Source: an uncultured Lentisphaeria bacterium (lineage in GTDB: Bacteria; Fidelibacterota; UBA8477; JABMPR01). From it: a DNA stretch of 59,113 bases. Below, in pieces: positions 28,833 to 38,481 of this stretch. The DNA lies in NCBI GenBank assembly GCA_964469505.1, contig CAYXZO010000005.1, forward strand, positions 1 through 59,113, given 5' to 3'. Numbering within the stretch: position 1 is the stretch's first letter; every line of letters begins with the position of its first letter. The position numbers and the translations under genes were made by a program. A model generated the notes under the pieces. That model did no database searches. It was not told the DNA's origin and saw nothing but the letters and a program-made list of their open reading frames with translations.

Positions 28833-28847
28833 ATTGAAGGAGTACAT

Positions 28848-30146
28848 ATGAGCCTTAAAAAACTTTGCTTGTTAATACTGGTTTTGATGGGTACTTCCCT
28901 GGTGCGAGCCCAGGGGACTGCTAGCGCTATATTTTTACTGATTTCTCCCGGCGCCCGAGCGGGTGGAATGGGTGAAGCTCAAGTAGCCGTGGCTAACGAT
29001 TCCTATGCCAGCTATTGGAATCCTGCCGGTTTGGCGTTTCAAAAAGGAGTTGAGATTTCAGGGATGCACGTTAATTGGCTCCCGGGGCTGGTCAATGATA
29101 TGTACTATGACTTCCTGGCCATACGAGTCCCCGCACCTAGTTATTACGGTGTAGTTGGGGGCCACATCATTTATTTGGATGCTGGAAAACAAACATGGAC
29201 CGATGATCAGGGAAATGAATTAGGAACCTTCAGTACTTATTTTACAGCGGCGGCTCTGAGCTATGCGACTATGTTAAGTGATAACTCATCAATTGGATTC
29301 AATTTCAAGGTGGTCTATCAGCACTTAGCAGATAGAGGTGTGACCGTAGGTTCCGAAAACACCAATCCAATTGCCACCAGCCTTGGCGTGGATATTGGTT
29401 ACCTTAAGCGGCACTGGCTGAGTGACCGATTGGATTTCGGAGTCTTACTTTCCAACGTCGGTCCTAAAGTCACTTTTAATGACAAAGCTCAGGCAGATCC
29501 TATGCCCACCAACCTAAAGGTGGGATGGAACTGGCGGGTGATTAAAGGGCAATACAATACACTGAACCTGGTCTATGATGTGAACAAACTATTAGTAGCC
29601 AGCTATCCCGATATGGATTGGGATGGTGATGGATTCGTAGGCGGCTATGACCAGCATGGCAATAAATACATTGTCAATAACGAGGTTTTACAAGGTGATT
29701 ATAACGCCAAGGGGCAAAGAGAAACAGCCCATACCGATCCATGGTATCTGGCTTTGGTTACTTCCTGGTTGGACGACTGGTACCTGGGTGGGGATCGGGA
29801 TCTGGATAACGACAAGAAAATCGGGGGTTACAATGCCGATACGGTAGCTGTAGCTGGCGGCAAATACAATTCATTGGGGCAATTGGAGGTCGGTAACGCT
29901 AAGCAGAGAAGTTTCAGCGCTGAATTACGTTCACTGGTTCATAACATTGGTCTCGAATACTGGTATAATCAAATGTTTGCTATCCGAGGGGGATTCTATT
30001 ACGACTATGAAGGTAAAATCATTGCTCCGACGCTGGGAATCGGCTTGCGTTACGGCAACTACGGCTTTGACTTCGGCTATATAGTGGAGAAGCAGGATCA
30101 TCCCCTGAACAACACTATGCGCTTTTCGCTGCTCATCAAATTTTAG
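28848..30146 (+). CDS. porV: Type IX secretion outer-membrane barrel PorV family, with EF-hand-like insertion
   Basis: ATG after AAGGAG; AIFLLISPGARAGGMGEAQVAVANDSYASYWNPAGLA, YVNWLPGLVNDMYY-like region, NVGPKVTF, PMPTNLKVG, GLEYWYNQMFAIRGG, HPLNNTMRFSLLIKF with terminal Phe. Confidence 0.85.
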   Translation: MSLKKLCLLILVLMGTSLVRAQGTASAIFLLISPGARAGGMGEAQVAVANDSYASYWNPAGLAFQKGVEISGMHVNWLPGLVNDMYYDFLAIRVPAPSYYGVVGGHIIYLDAGKQTWTDDQGNELGTFSTYFTAAALSYATMLSDNSSIGFNFKVVYQHLADRGVTVGSENTNPIATSLGVDIGYLKRHWLSDRLDFGVLLSNVGPKVTFNDKAQADPMPTNLKVGWNWRVIKGQYNTLNLVYDVNKLLVASYPDMDWDGDGFVGGYDQHGNKYIVNNEVLQGDYNAKGQRETAHTDPWYLALVTSWLDDWYLGGDRDLDNDKKIGGYNADTVAVAGGKYNSLGQLEVGNAKQRSFSAELRSLVHNIGLEYWYNQMFAIRGGFYYDYEGKIIAPTLGIGLRYGNYGFDFGYIVEKQDHPLNNTMRFSLLIKF

Positions 30147-30159
30147 CTCTCGTTTTTAA

Positions 30160-33030
30160 ATGAAACTTCGGCGAGTCCTGTTGGCGGGGGCCGCTATTGT
30201 TGCAGCCCTGGGAAATTCGAAAATCATTGCAGCTCCCCTAAACGCCCAGGAGCTGACAATTGCGGCCATTCGAATTTCATTTCAACCGGATCAGGACCCC
30301 GCAACCGCCGGAAATGGTCTCTTTGTGCTCTCCCCGGATTCACTCCCCGGTTGTTCCGAGCGACGCCTGGATCCGCCCCCACACGATAAAGAATATTTTA
30401 AAGACCACCTGAGAGCAGCCGCATTCTATTGGAGCAAGGTAAGCCGGGGAAACGTGACGATCGATACTTTACACTTGGCAATATTTCCACCTGGTGACAC
30501 TGCAGCCTATCAACTTGCTCATCCAATGTCATATTACCACCCATACATGGATTTGGGGGATACTCTATCCCATCTGGTGGAATTAATCCAGGAAGCGGTA
30601 AATCTGGCAGACGCCGATGTGGATTTCAGTGCCTTTAATACCTTTATTTTCTTTCATGCCGGCTTAGGAGGTGATTTCGCTTTCGTGCTGGATCCCACTC
30701 CCGGCAACATTCCCTCCACCTATTTAAGCCAATCAGATCTCGAAGCTTACGGGGGAATAGCAACTGACGAAGGACCGTTAACGAATGCTATTCTATTACC
30801 CGAAACCCAGAATTTTCTCCAATTTGCGGAAACTCGCACCCTTTTCAATCCCCAACCATGCAATTACCAGTTTGCCCTCAACGGTACGGTAGCGCTGTTG
30901 CTAGGATTCAGAATCGGCCTGACTCCGCTGTATGATCTTTATACCGGGAGAAGTCATGGCGGTCGCTTTGCTTTGATGGATCAGGGTAGCAATAATGCTC
31001 ATGGGCTGGTACCAGCTCCCCCCATGGCCTACAATCGAATTCAGGCCGGATGGGAAGAACCTCAGGTAGCCAATATCGGAGATAGTGTGAGTTTAGATAT
31101 TGATGGTCCACCGGTTAAAATTCCCATCGGTCCCGCGGAATACTATCTCATTGAAAATCGCCAACGCAACCTGGAGCAGCCTATCGGTTGGGAGACCTGG
31201 GTTGACAGCATAACCAGCGACACCTTTTCAGTACAGCTTTCTCCACGAGGGGTAGTGCTCCAGGTTGATGAACAAACGGCAGGACTGCCTGGAAACGGTT
31301 TGTTGATTTGGCATATTGCCGAATTCGCTCGTGGGCCTGATGATAATCCCAACGGCTTGGAACCGTATTTAATCAGCCTGGTGGAGGCCGACGGGGCACC
31401 GGATATCGGCTACCAGAGCCGGATTTTATTTGCCGATTTCCTGGAGACCGGCTGGTGGTTTGATCCCTGGTTTGCCGGAAACCAGGGGTGGTTCGATCTG
31501 AATCGTATCGAACCAGTAATAGGGGACAGTTTGCTGCGATTTACCTCTACCACCCATCCGGCAACCATAAGCAAGCGAGATTACCCAACCTATTTGCGGG
31601 TGGAGAATATCTCGGCTCCCGGGCGGACTATGCACTTCCGCGTTGGCTCCGATCGTGTTGTTCCTTTTCCTGAGGGAGCCGAATTAATTGGAATCGGAAG
31701 CGACTCCACGGGAGAGCCGCTGGTGTGGTTGGATGATGGTCAGGTTTATCTCGTCGGTTACAGTCTTACATCAGATACACTTAAGCCGATTGTTCAATTC
31801 TCCCGGAGACGTGTTTTTAGCTCACCTTCGGATAGTCTGATAGGTTTTTCGGATCCCATATTTGTGATCTTCAATGGCCGGGGTAATGCATTCTATAACT
31901 ATTTGACCGACACGCACATCGAGGATACTACGGGAGGCCCGGTCAAGCAAATTATCCGCACTGAGGATTCGCTTGCATATCTTGTCAGTAAAAACCAATC
32001 CAGTACGATTTTCACCATTCCTGTTGATCTGAGCGCTCCACCGACAGCCCAGGTTACCATTCCTTTGGAAGTGGAGCGTTTCTACCGCTTCGATCCGGAT
32101 TGGGCCTGGGCTACGTCAGATTCGTTGTATACTCCCGTTTCACATCCTTATGCCATTAGTGGAGACGTTTATCAGCCGGTTGAAGTTTTTGAAATGCAAC
32201 CTTCAAGTATGCATCGAACCCCAGTTGGATGGCTGTATGTGGATGAGGATAATCAGTTGGTATTCAGGGCAATAGGGGATACCATTAAAGTTCTGCGGAC
32301 TGCTTTTACCGGCACATTTCTACCTTTTGACATACCCACCGAGCAGGGGCTGGAGGGCATATTTTTTACCACCGGGTATGGTGAGGTCATCAGCAGTAGC
32401 GGTCTAGCGTATTATGGTTCTCCTTTCGTTCTGGATGGTGAACCGTTGGCAAGGCCGGTCATCGTTTCAGCTTTTGATGCTCCAATCGCTTTCTTTTTCC
32501 CTTATGAGGATGGCTATGGGGTTTATGATCTACAGGGTAAGAGGTTGGAAAGAACAATCCTCCCTGAGAGTCCCGCTATTAAAGATGTGTTCTATTCAAA
32601 TCGTGAAACGTTAATAGCTAGCGAATTTTATCTCCTGCGTCTACCCCTTGAGAGTGAATCATCAATTAATCCAAACTTCGCCATAAATTCCCTTCGGGAA
32701 CGAGCAGCTTGGTGGAGTGATTCGTCATTAACTCATGAGGTGGCTTTGATTGAGCCCGGCTCAGGATTCATCTATCCCAATCCGATTCGGGGAAAGACTG
32801 CCACCGTCCGCGTGCATTTAGGGGCGGTAACCTCCTGGCGGATACGCATTTTTACCACTGCGGGCAACGAAGTTATCGATGTTGCCCCTGTGCCCGTTTC
32901 GTCTCATGCTGTAAATGAGTGGCGCTGGGATGTGAGTAATCTCTCCAACGGGCTTTATCTGATACAGCTCGAGGCGGAAGGAAATGGGAAAAAAGAACAG
33001 GTTTTAATCAAAGCGGCGGTGGTGCGGTGA
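30160..33030 (+). CDS. T9SS type A CTD-containing protein with M6 (immune inhibitor A)-like domain lacking HExxH
   Basis: IFFHAGLG, GTVALLLGFRIGLTPLYD in place of GVFAHEYGHxLGLPDxYD, ALMDQGS, EYYLIENRQ, GLLIWHI, LVEADG; C-terminal IYPNP...NGLYLIQL...KAAVVR. Confidence 0.8.
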   Translation: MKLRRVLLAGAAIVAALGNSKIIAAPLNAQELTIAAIRISFQPDQDPATAGNGLFVLSPDSLPGCSERRLDPPPHDKEYFKDHLRAAAFYWSKVSRGNVTIDTLHLAIFPPGDTAAYQLAHPMSYYHPYMDLGDTLSHLVELIQEAVNLADADVDFSAFNTFIFFHAGLGGDFAFVLDPTPGNIPSTYLSQSDLEAYGGIATDEGPLTNAILLPETQNFLQFAETRTLFNPQPCNYQFALNGTVALLLGFRIGLTPLYDLYTGRSHGGRFALMDQGSNNAHGLVPAPPMAYNRIQAGWEEPQVANIGDSVSLDIDGPPVKIPIGPAEYYLIENRQRNLEQPIGWETWVDSITSDTFSVQLSPRGVVLQVDEQTAGLPGNGLLIWHIAEFARGPDDNPNGLEPYLISLVEADGAPDIGYQSRILFADFLETGWWFDPWFAGNQGWFDLNRIEPVIGDSLLRFTSTTHPATISKRDYPTYLRVENISAPGRTMHFRVGSDRVVPFPEGAELIGIGSDSTGEPLVWLDDGQVYLVGYSLTSDTLKPIVQFSRRRVFSSPSDSLIGFSDPIFVIFNGRGNAFYNYLTDTHIEDTTGGPVKQIIRTEDSLAYLVSKNQSSTIFTIPVDLSAPPTAQVTIPLEVERFYRFDPDWAWATSDSLYTPVSHPYAISGDVYQPVEVFEMQPSSMHRTPVGWLYVDEDNQLVFRAIGDTIKVLRTAFTGTFLPFDIPTEQGLEGIFFTTGYGEVISSSGLAYYGSPFVLDGEPLARPVIVSAFDAPIAFFFPYEDGYGVYDLQGKRLERTILPESPAIKDVFYSNRETLIASEFYLLRLPLESESSINPNFAINSLRERAAWWSDSSLTHEVALIEPGSGFIYPNPIRGKTATVRVHLGAVTSWRIRIFTTAGNEVIDVAPVPVSSHAVNEWRWDVSNLSNGLYLIQLEAEGNGKKEQVLIKAAVVR

Positions 33031-36000
33031 AACGACCCCTGGGGTTGTTTTGCATCATTCTGCTACTTGGGGTAAAACTTTCCGCCCAAGCCCGTTTTAC
33101 TCACTCTGAGCTGACCTGGCGTACCTTGGAAGGGGAGCACTTTGTAGTGCATTACCATCAGGGCACCGCCTGGACCGCCACTGAAGTTTTAAATGTGGCG
33201 GAGGACATCTATAAGCCGATAACCGAACTATACCAATACCAACCTGAAAACAAGACTCATCTAATCATCTGGGATACGGATGATTTCAGCAATGGTGCTT
33301 CGTACTACTTTGATAACAAGATAGATATATGGGCCATGCCTTTGGATTACAAGCTAAGGGGCTCTCATTATTGGTTACGTGATGTGGTAACCCACGAGTT
33401 TACCCACATCGTCAGCTTACGAGCGGCCCGGAAATTCAAAGGTTCAATCTCCGCCAGCTATTTTCAGTTCATTCAATACGAACCGGAACGGCGGGACGAT
33501 GTGTTATACGGCTATCCCAACGCCCTGGTATCCTATCCTTTGCCCAGCGTGGTTGTACCCATGTGGTGGGCGGAAGGCGTGGCGCAACATCAGGCCAATG
33601 GAAGCAGATACGATTACTGGGACAGTATTAGGGATATGATTCTCCGGGACCGCTGGTTGCATAAACGTCTTCTGTCCTTTAATGAAATGGATGGTTTCGG
33701 CAAAGGGGGAATAGGCAATGAAAGCGTGTATAACCAGGGGTTCTCTTTTGTGAATTACCTTGCAGAACATTATGGTGATGAAATCCTGGAAAGAATCACG
33801 GAGCGCTTGACGAATCCGTGGAACTATTCGTTTTATAAAGCTCTTTCAGAGCTTACAGGTCGCTCTAAAACGCAACTTTACCGAGACTGGATTGCTTACT
33901 TAACCGAAAGATTCAAAGCCGAGCTACCTAGCACGGATGAACAAACTTCCGTCTCGATTTTTCAAACCCGCGGGTCAGCCAATTTCTATCCGCGACATCA
34001 TTCAGCCTCAGGACGTTTGGCATTCATCTCCAACATGGGGGAGGCCTATTTCGGTAGAACGGCCCTGTTTGTACAACAGCCTGGTGAAGAACCGCGACGA
34101 GTAACCGCTGCTGCCGGTTTTGCTTGGAGTCCAATTACCGACACCCTAGTGGTGGTTAAAAAAAGCTTCTATGACCAGGGAATTCCAGGCGGTTATTCAT
34201 TCAAAGATACAGAAGGGCCCCATTTTTCCTTTTTGCACAAGAAGGTTAAGGCTACGTGGCGATTGCCATTGCAGGGCTCTCGCTATTTTGATCTTTATCT
34301 GTTGCATCCCGATAATCCTGACAAACTTAGAAGGTTGACCAACGGTGCTCGGGCGAAAAACCCGGTTTGGTCACCTGATGGCAAACAAATAGCGTTTATT
34401 AATCTCCGGGATGGCACCAATAACATTTGTATTGTGGAACCGGCTCACCCCGATAGCGTACGGCAGCTAACCCGATTTACCCCCGGTACCCAGATTTACA
34501 CCTTATCCTGGTCTCCTGATGGGAGCCGGCTGTTGTTTGACCGGGCGACAGGGTACAACCGGGATATTTACATGTACGATTTCAGAACGAAGGAAGTGCG
34601 ACCAGTATTTGCCGAGAAGTGGGACGAGCGAAATCCTTTTTGGATCACCGATTCCACCCTGTTGTTCAGCGATGATCGTACCGGAATCTTTAACCTTTAC
34701 TGGGCTGAGCTGAACCTGGGCAAGGTTCGGCAGCTTACCGCCGTTAATGGGGGAGCTTTTCAGGCTGAACTATGGCAGGATACACTTTTTTTCAGCTACT
34801 ATGACAGTTTGGGCTACAAATTAGCCTATCTTCCCTTGAAAAAGGCTTTATGGAAGGCTGCTGAATCAGGTTCTCTTAGCTACTTAAGCAGAATACTTAA
34901 GGCCGACTATGTGCGGGAATTGGCGCCGCGTCAGGGAGTGCCCTATCGTTTCCAGGCCGGCCCCATGTTGATTGCACCTCGGTTACAAGTGGAGTATGAT
35001 GCCGCCAAAGGTAGTACTTATCTCAAACCTGGGTTTTATTTCTTTTCCAGTGAATGGATAAACAAATTCAACCTTCTGGGGGGATTTGATTTCGGGTTTA
35101 ACAAAGATTTGGACTTTTTCTTTCTAGCCGAATATCGCGGTTTTCGCCCCCTCTTACGCCTGGAATTCTACCGACTGGTGCGCAATACACAGGAGGAATT
35201 GAGTTATCTCAATGGTATCTACAAGGTTCAAAGCCGACTTCAGTTTACCATGACTCAGGGGGTAGCGTCCATAGAATTGCCCATTGGCGGCAGCCACAAT
35301 CTTATGGGAGATTTCACGTTAACCAATTATAACACATACCTCGCGCCTCATGTGCTGAACGGACTTCCGCTGGGGGGGATCAGCTATGATTATTTCAAGG
35401 GATGGGATGCCGGTTTGATCTATCGAGGAGACTGGTTGAAACCTGAACCGTCCCAGGACATCAACCCCCAGGGATTGCAGGTGGAGATCGGCGCGCGACG
35501 CAATCATCATTTGTTCTTGAGCGGATATGGCTACAACGAAGATACGGGAAATTGGGGTAATATTTACGACACCTTCGATTATTGGCGATGGAGTTTCAAT
35601 GTTTTCTACGCCCGTTCCTTGCCCGCAATCTTAGGTGGGAAAATTGGTCTGCGGGGAATAGGCGCTGGACTAAGTCGTAATTCAATCGATTCCTTTTTCT
35701 ACGAGTTTGGTGGTGGAGCTCCAGGGCTTAGAGGTTACCCCTACTTTTCCCTTGGTGGAACCAGAAAGTTAATTTTTTCTGGCTTCTGGCGTCGGCCGCT
35801 CTTTCGGGATGCCTATTGGAAGGTAGGGCATTATACATTGAAGGATGTTTATTTCGGTATTCATTGGCAAGTAGGGACGGCATGGGTCCCCGATAGCTCT
35901 TTGTGGAAACCTGGCTTGGATTTCAATGAAAGAGGTCGTGAACTTCTGAGAGATCTTAATCAGGCCTCCTGGTTACAGGATTTTGGATTCAGCTTGCGTG

Positions 36001-36149
36001 TGGGAGGTTTTTCGTTTTACGCCTATCCCACAGCGCTGGAAATCTCCGCATACTACGCACCTGAACAATTAGCTTACCGGGAAGACCCGGATATTAAATA
36101 CGGACAGGAATGGCGCTTTTATTGGAGCCTTTTATTTGCATTCAATTAA
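33027..36149 (+). CDS. Gluzincin-like peptidase plus TolB/PD40 propeller plus C-terminal outer-membrane barrel
   Basis: Signal peptide; VVTHEFTH...WWAEGVAQ; NPVWSPDGKQIAF, LSWSPDGSRLLF PD40 repeats; amphipathic strands ending YWSLLFAFN. Confidence 0.78.
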   Translation: MKRPLGLFCIILLLGVKLSAQARFTHSELTWRTLEGEHFVVHYHQGTAWTATEVLNVAEDIYKPITELYQYQPENKTHLIIWDTDDFSNGASYYFDNKIDIWAMPLDYKLRGSHYWLRDVVTHEFTHIVSLRAARKFKGSISASYFQFIQYEPERRDDVLYGYPNALVSYPLPSVVVPMWWAEGVAQHQANGSRYDYWDSIRDMILRDRWLHKRLLSFNEMDGFGKGGIGNESVYNQGFSFVNYLAEHYGDEILERITERLTNPWNYSFYKALSELTGRSKTQLYRDWIAYLTERFKAELPSTDEQTSVSIFQTRGSANFYPRHHSASGRLAFISNMGEAYFGRTALFVQQPGEEPRRVTAAAGFAWSPITDTLVVVKKSFYDQGIPGGYSFKDTEGPHFSFLHKKVKATWRLPLQGSRYFDLYLLHPDNPDKLRRLTNGARAKNPVWSPDGKQIAFINLRDGTNNICIVEPAHPDSVRQLTRFTPGTQIYTLSWSPDGSRLLFDRATGYNRDIYMYDFRTKEVRPVFAEKWDERNPFWITDSTLLFSDDRTGIFNLYWAELNLGKVRQLTAVNGGAFQAELWQDTLFFSYYDSLGYKLAYLPLKKALWKAAESGSLSYLSRILKADYVRELAPRQGVPYRFQAGPMLIAPRLQVEYDAAKGSTYLKPGFYFFSSEWINKFNLLGGFDFGFNKDLDFFFLAEYRGFRPLLRLEFYRLVRNTQEELSYLNGIYKVQSRLQFTMTQGVASIELPIGGSHNLMGDFTLTNYNTYLAPHVLNGLPLGGISYDYFKGWDAGLIYRGDWLKPEPSQDINPQGLQVEIGARRNHHLFLSGYGYNEDTGNWGNIYDTFDYWRWSFNVFYARSLPAILGGKIGLRGIGAGLSRNSIDSFFYEFGGGAPGLRGYPYFSLGGTRKLIFSGFWRRPLFRDAYWKVGHYTLKDVYFGIHWQVGTAWVPDSSLWKPGLDFNERGRELLRDLNQASWLQDFGFSLRVGGFSFYAYPTALEISAYYAPEQLAYREDPDIKYGQEWRFYWSLLFAFN

Positions 36150-36162
36150 GTTACGGCCCGTG

Positions 36163-37110
36163 ATGAAGTGGTCACCGGTATCCAGGCTAATCCACTCTCG
36201 ATTTAATGTCTCTCCCGGACAAATATATTCTAGAGTCTCTCGACTATTTCGCCCATTCTCAAGGCTGCGTATCTCAAGTGGGGGAAAAGTGGCATCGGTT
36301 GCAATATCAATTTGTCTTTTCATAGTTCCGGTTTTAGGTGGGAATTCACTGGTATTGAAGGGCCGTTCAAAGAACAATATGGGAGGAGTAGCCACTATAG
36401 CCCAAAGCAGGTATCTTTTTCTGGCTGATACTAGTAAAGCCTCCAAAGACAGCACCCTGGGGAAGCGTCCCATGGCATTCCGAGGCCCCAAGGGCAAACG
36501 TTTCCTTTCTTCTCTACTGATACCCGGGTGGGGACAATATCAACGGCAACACTGGTTGCGTGCCGGTTCTTTTGCCCTGGCGGAAGCATTAGGATGGTAT
36601 CTAAATATCACCTTGAATCGAAAAGGTAGTGATTACGAAGAACGTTATATCCAGTATGCCGATGAGCACTGGGACTATAATGCCTGGTTGCAAACGGGGC
36701 AGCAAACCCCAGATGGGGAGCAATACTGCGGATATTATCTTTCCCATGAGATTCCGTACCGAGAAATAAATGGAGTCAAATATCCATACAAAGATCAGCA
36801 TTATTATGAGAATATTGGCAAATACAATGAGTTTTATTGCGGATGGGATGACTACGCTGACCATTGGCGCGACAGCCTAGGTGTGGAATATACTCCCCAT
36901 AAAGTTCAGTACATTGAGTATCGGGATATTTCCAATTCCAGTTATCGGCAGGCCCAGAGAATTCTGTCCTTCATCCTGTTGAATCATTTTGTGGCCGCTT
37001 TTGAGGCCGCTTTCGGGCCCGATTGGAATATCGGTGGTCAGAAGGCCACATTACGGACCTTTTTTGCCCAGGAACTATTCATGCTCCAGTTCAGGATCCA
37101 ATTACCATGA
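36163..37110 (+). CDS. Hypothetical membrane/exported protein (DUF5683-like); start uncertain
   Basis: FLSSLLIPGWGQY, QHYYENIGKYNEFYCGWDD, ILLNHFVAAFEA; stop overlaps next ATG. Confidence 0.65.
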   Translation: MKWSPVSRLIHSRFNVSPGQIYSRVSRLFRPFSRLRISSGGKVASVAISICLFIVPVLGGNSLVLKGRSKNNMGGVATIAQSRYLFLADTSKASKDSTLGKRPMAFRGPKGKRFLSSLLIPGWGQYQRQHWLRAGSFALAEALGWYLNITLNRKGSDYEERYIQYADEHWDYNAWLQTGQQTPDGEQYCGYYLSHEIPYREINGVKYPYKDQHYYENIGKYNEFYCGWDDYADHWRDSLGVEYTPHKVQYIEYRDISNSSYRQAQRILSFILLNHFVAAFEAAFGPDWNIGGQKATLRTFFAQELFMLQFRIQLP

Positions 37111-37865
37111 GAATTAAGAAGTATTTCAGCTTATCCATTGTGTTTGCCTTTCTAGTAGCTTGCGGCAGCCACGAGCCCTTAATGGATGCCAAGGATATCC
37201 CGGGGACCTTCAAGCGCGGGTTGGAATTATTTAAAAAGAAGAATTGGGAGCGGGCGGAGGAGGTTTTCAATTTCGTTTTATATAATGATCCGGCAGGGAA
37301 GTACGCTGATGATGCTCAGTTCTACCTGGCCGAGACCTATTTCAAAAGGGGCGAATACGAAACGGCTATGGACGAGTATGATCGGCTGCTAAACCGCATG
37401 CCCGATTCGCCTTTTGCTGAAAAAGCTTACTGGCGGAAAGCTCAGGCGGCCTACAAAACTTCCCCGGATTACCGACTTGATCAAGAGCCGACCCTGAGGG
37501 CCATTGAAGTGATTCAAAACTTTCTCGCCACTTATCCCAATAGTGAACACCGCTCAGAGGCGGAAAAATGGTTGGCTGCGTTATGGGACAAATTAGCCCA
37601 TAAGCTATATGGAGCGGGGCGGCTGTACGAAAATATGGGTGAATACGAAGCGGCACTCATATACTACCGATCCACCTGGAAGCAATATCCCAACTCGAAG
37701 TATGCCATTAAAAGTCGTCTGCATGCCGCCCGCTGTTTGTTAGAGCTTGGTCAAACCAAAGAGGCTAAGAATCTATTGCGAAGAATCAGCAAAGGTTCTT
37801 TAGATAAAAAGGATAAATACCTGAAAGCCAGACTATTAGCCCGGCTCAAGAGCGGATCCTCATAG
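37107..37865 (+). CDS. bamD: Outer membrane protein assembly factor BamD
   Basis: ATG 37107 (ATGA overlap), lipobox LVAC, ADDAQFYLAETYF, PDYRLDQEPTLRAI, LAHKLYGAGRLY. Confidence 0.88.
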   Translation: MRIKKYFSLSIVFAFLVACGSHEPLMDAKDIPGTFKRGLELFKKKNWERAEEVFNFVLYNDPAGKYADDAQFYLAETYFKRGEYETAMDEYDRLLNRMPDSPFAEKAYWRKAQAAYKTSPDYRLDQEPTLRAIEVIQNFLATYPNSEHRSEAEKWLAALWDKLAHKLYGAGRLYENMGEYEAALIYYRSTWKQYPNSKYAIKSRLHAARCLLELGQTKEAKNLLRRISKGSLDKKDKYLKARLLARLKSGSS

Positions 37866-37866
37866 T

Positions 37867-38481
37867 ATGAAACCTGAGCGCTTGTGTTGCTTCGGCGGTT
37901 CCTTCGATCCTCCCCATAATGCCCATTTCATCATCGCTGATGCCATAAGGGAAATTCTAGCCCTGAACAAGATTTTGTTTATTCCGGCCCTGAATCCACC
38001 CCATAAATACGCCTTGGGGCGGGTAACGCCCATTGAACATCGGCTAGCTATGTTGAAGCTTTGTATCAAAGGCCATCCACATTTTGATATTTCGGAAATT
38101 GAAATCCAGCGCGGGGGTGTATCGTACACTATCGACACTATCCGGCAGATAAAGCAAATCTATGGCATGACCAGGGATAATCTTTATTTCCTAATCGGGA
38201 GCGATTCGCTAATCTCTTTTAAAACCTGGAAAGAGTGGCAAGCAATTCTTGATGAGGCCCAAATTGTAGTGGCTCGTCGCCCGCGGTTCGAGCGGGAAGA
38301 TGTTGCTCCTGACCTGCTGGAAAAGGTGATTTTTCTGGATTTGCCTCGGATTGAAATCTCCAGTTCCGAAATCAGGCGTCGGTTTTATGAGGGGCGTATG
38401 ACTGATTTTTACATCCCCGAAGCTGTGAGTCGGTACATCGCTGAGCATGGTTTGTACCAACACCCAGGGCGAACGCAATAA
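37867..38481 (+). CDS. nadD: Nicotinate-nucleotide adenylyltransferase
   Basis: FGGSFDPPHNAH, PPHK, VSYTIDTI, FLIGSDSL, ISSSEIRRR. Confidence 0.95.
   Translation: MKPERLCCFGGSFDPPHNAHFIIADAIREILALNKILFIPALNPPHKYALGRVTPIEHRLAMLKLCIKGHPHFDISEIEIQRGGVSYTIDTIRQIKQIYGMTRDNLYFLIGSDSLISFKTWKEWQAILDEAQIVVARRPRFEREDVAPDLLEKVIFLDLPRIEISSSEIRRRFYEGRMTDFYIPEAVSRYIAEHGLYQHPGRTQ

Noticed and set aside
28630-28851. 73-aa plus-strand and 66-aa minus-strand ORFs in the porV upstream region
   Set aside because: No RBS, no motifs, overlap the trm112 stop and the promoter/terminator signals; region is better explained as non-coding.
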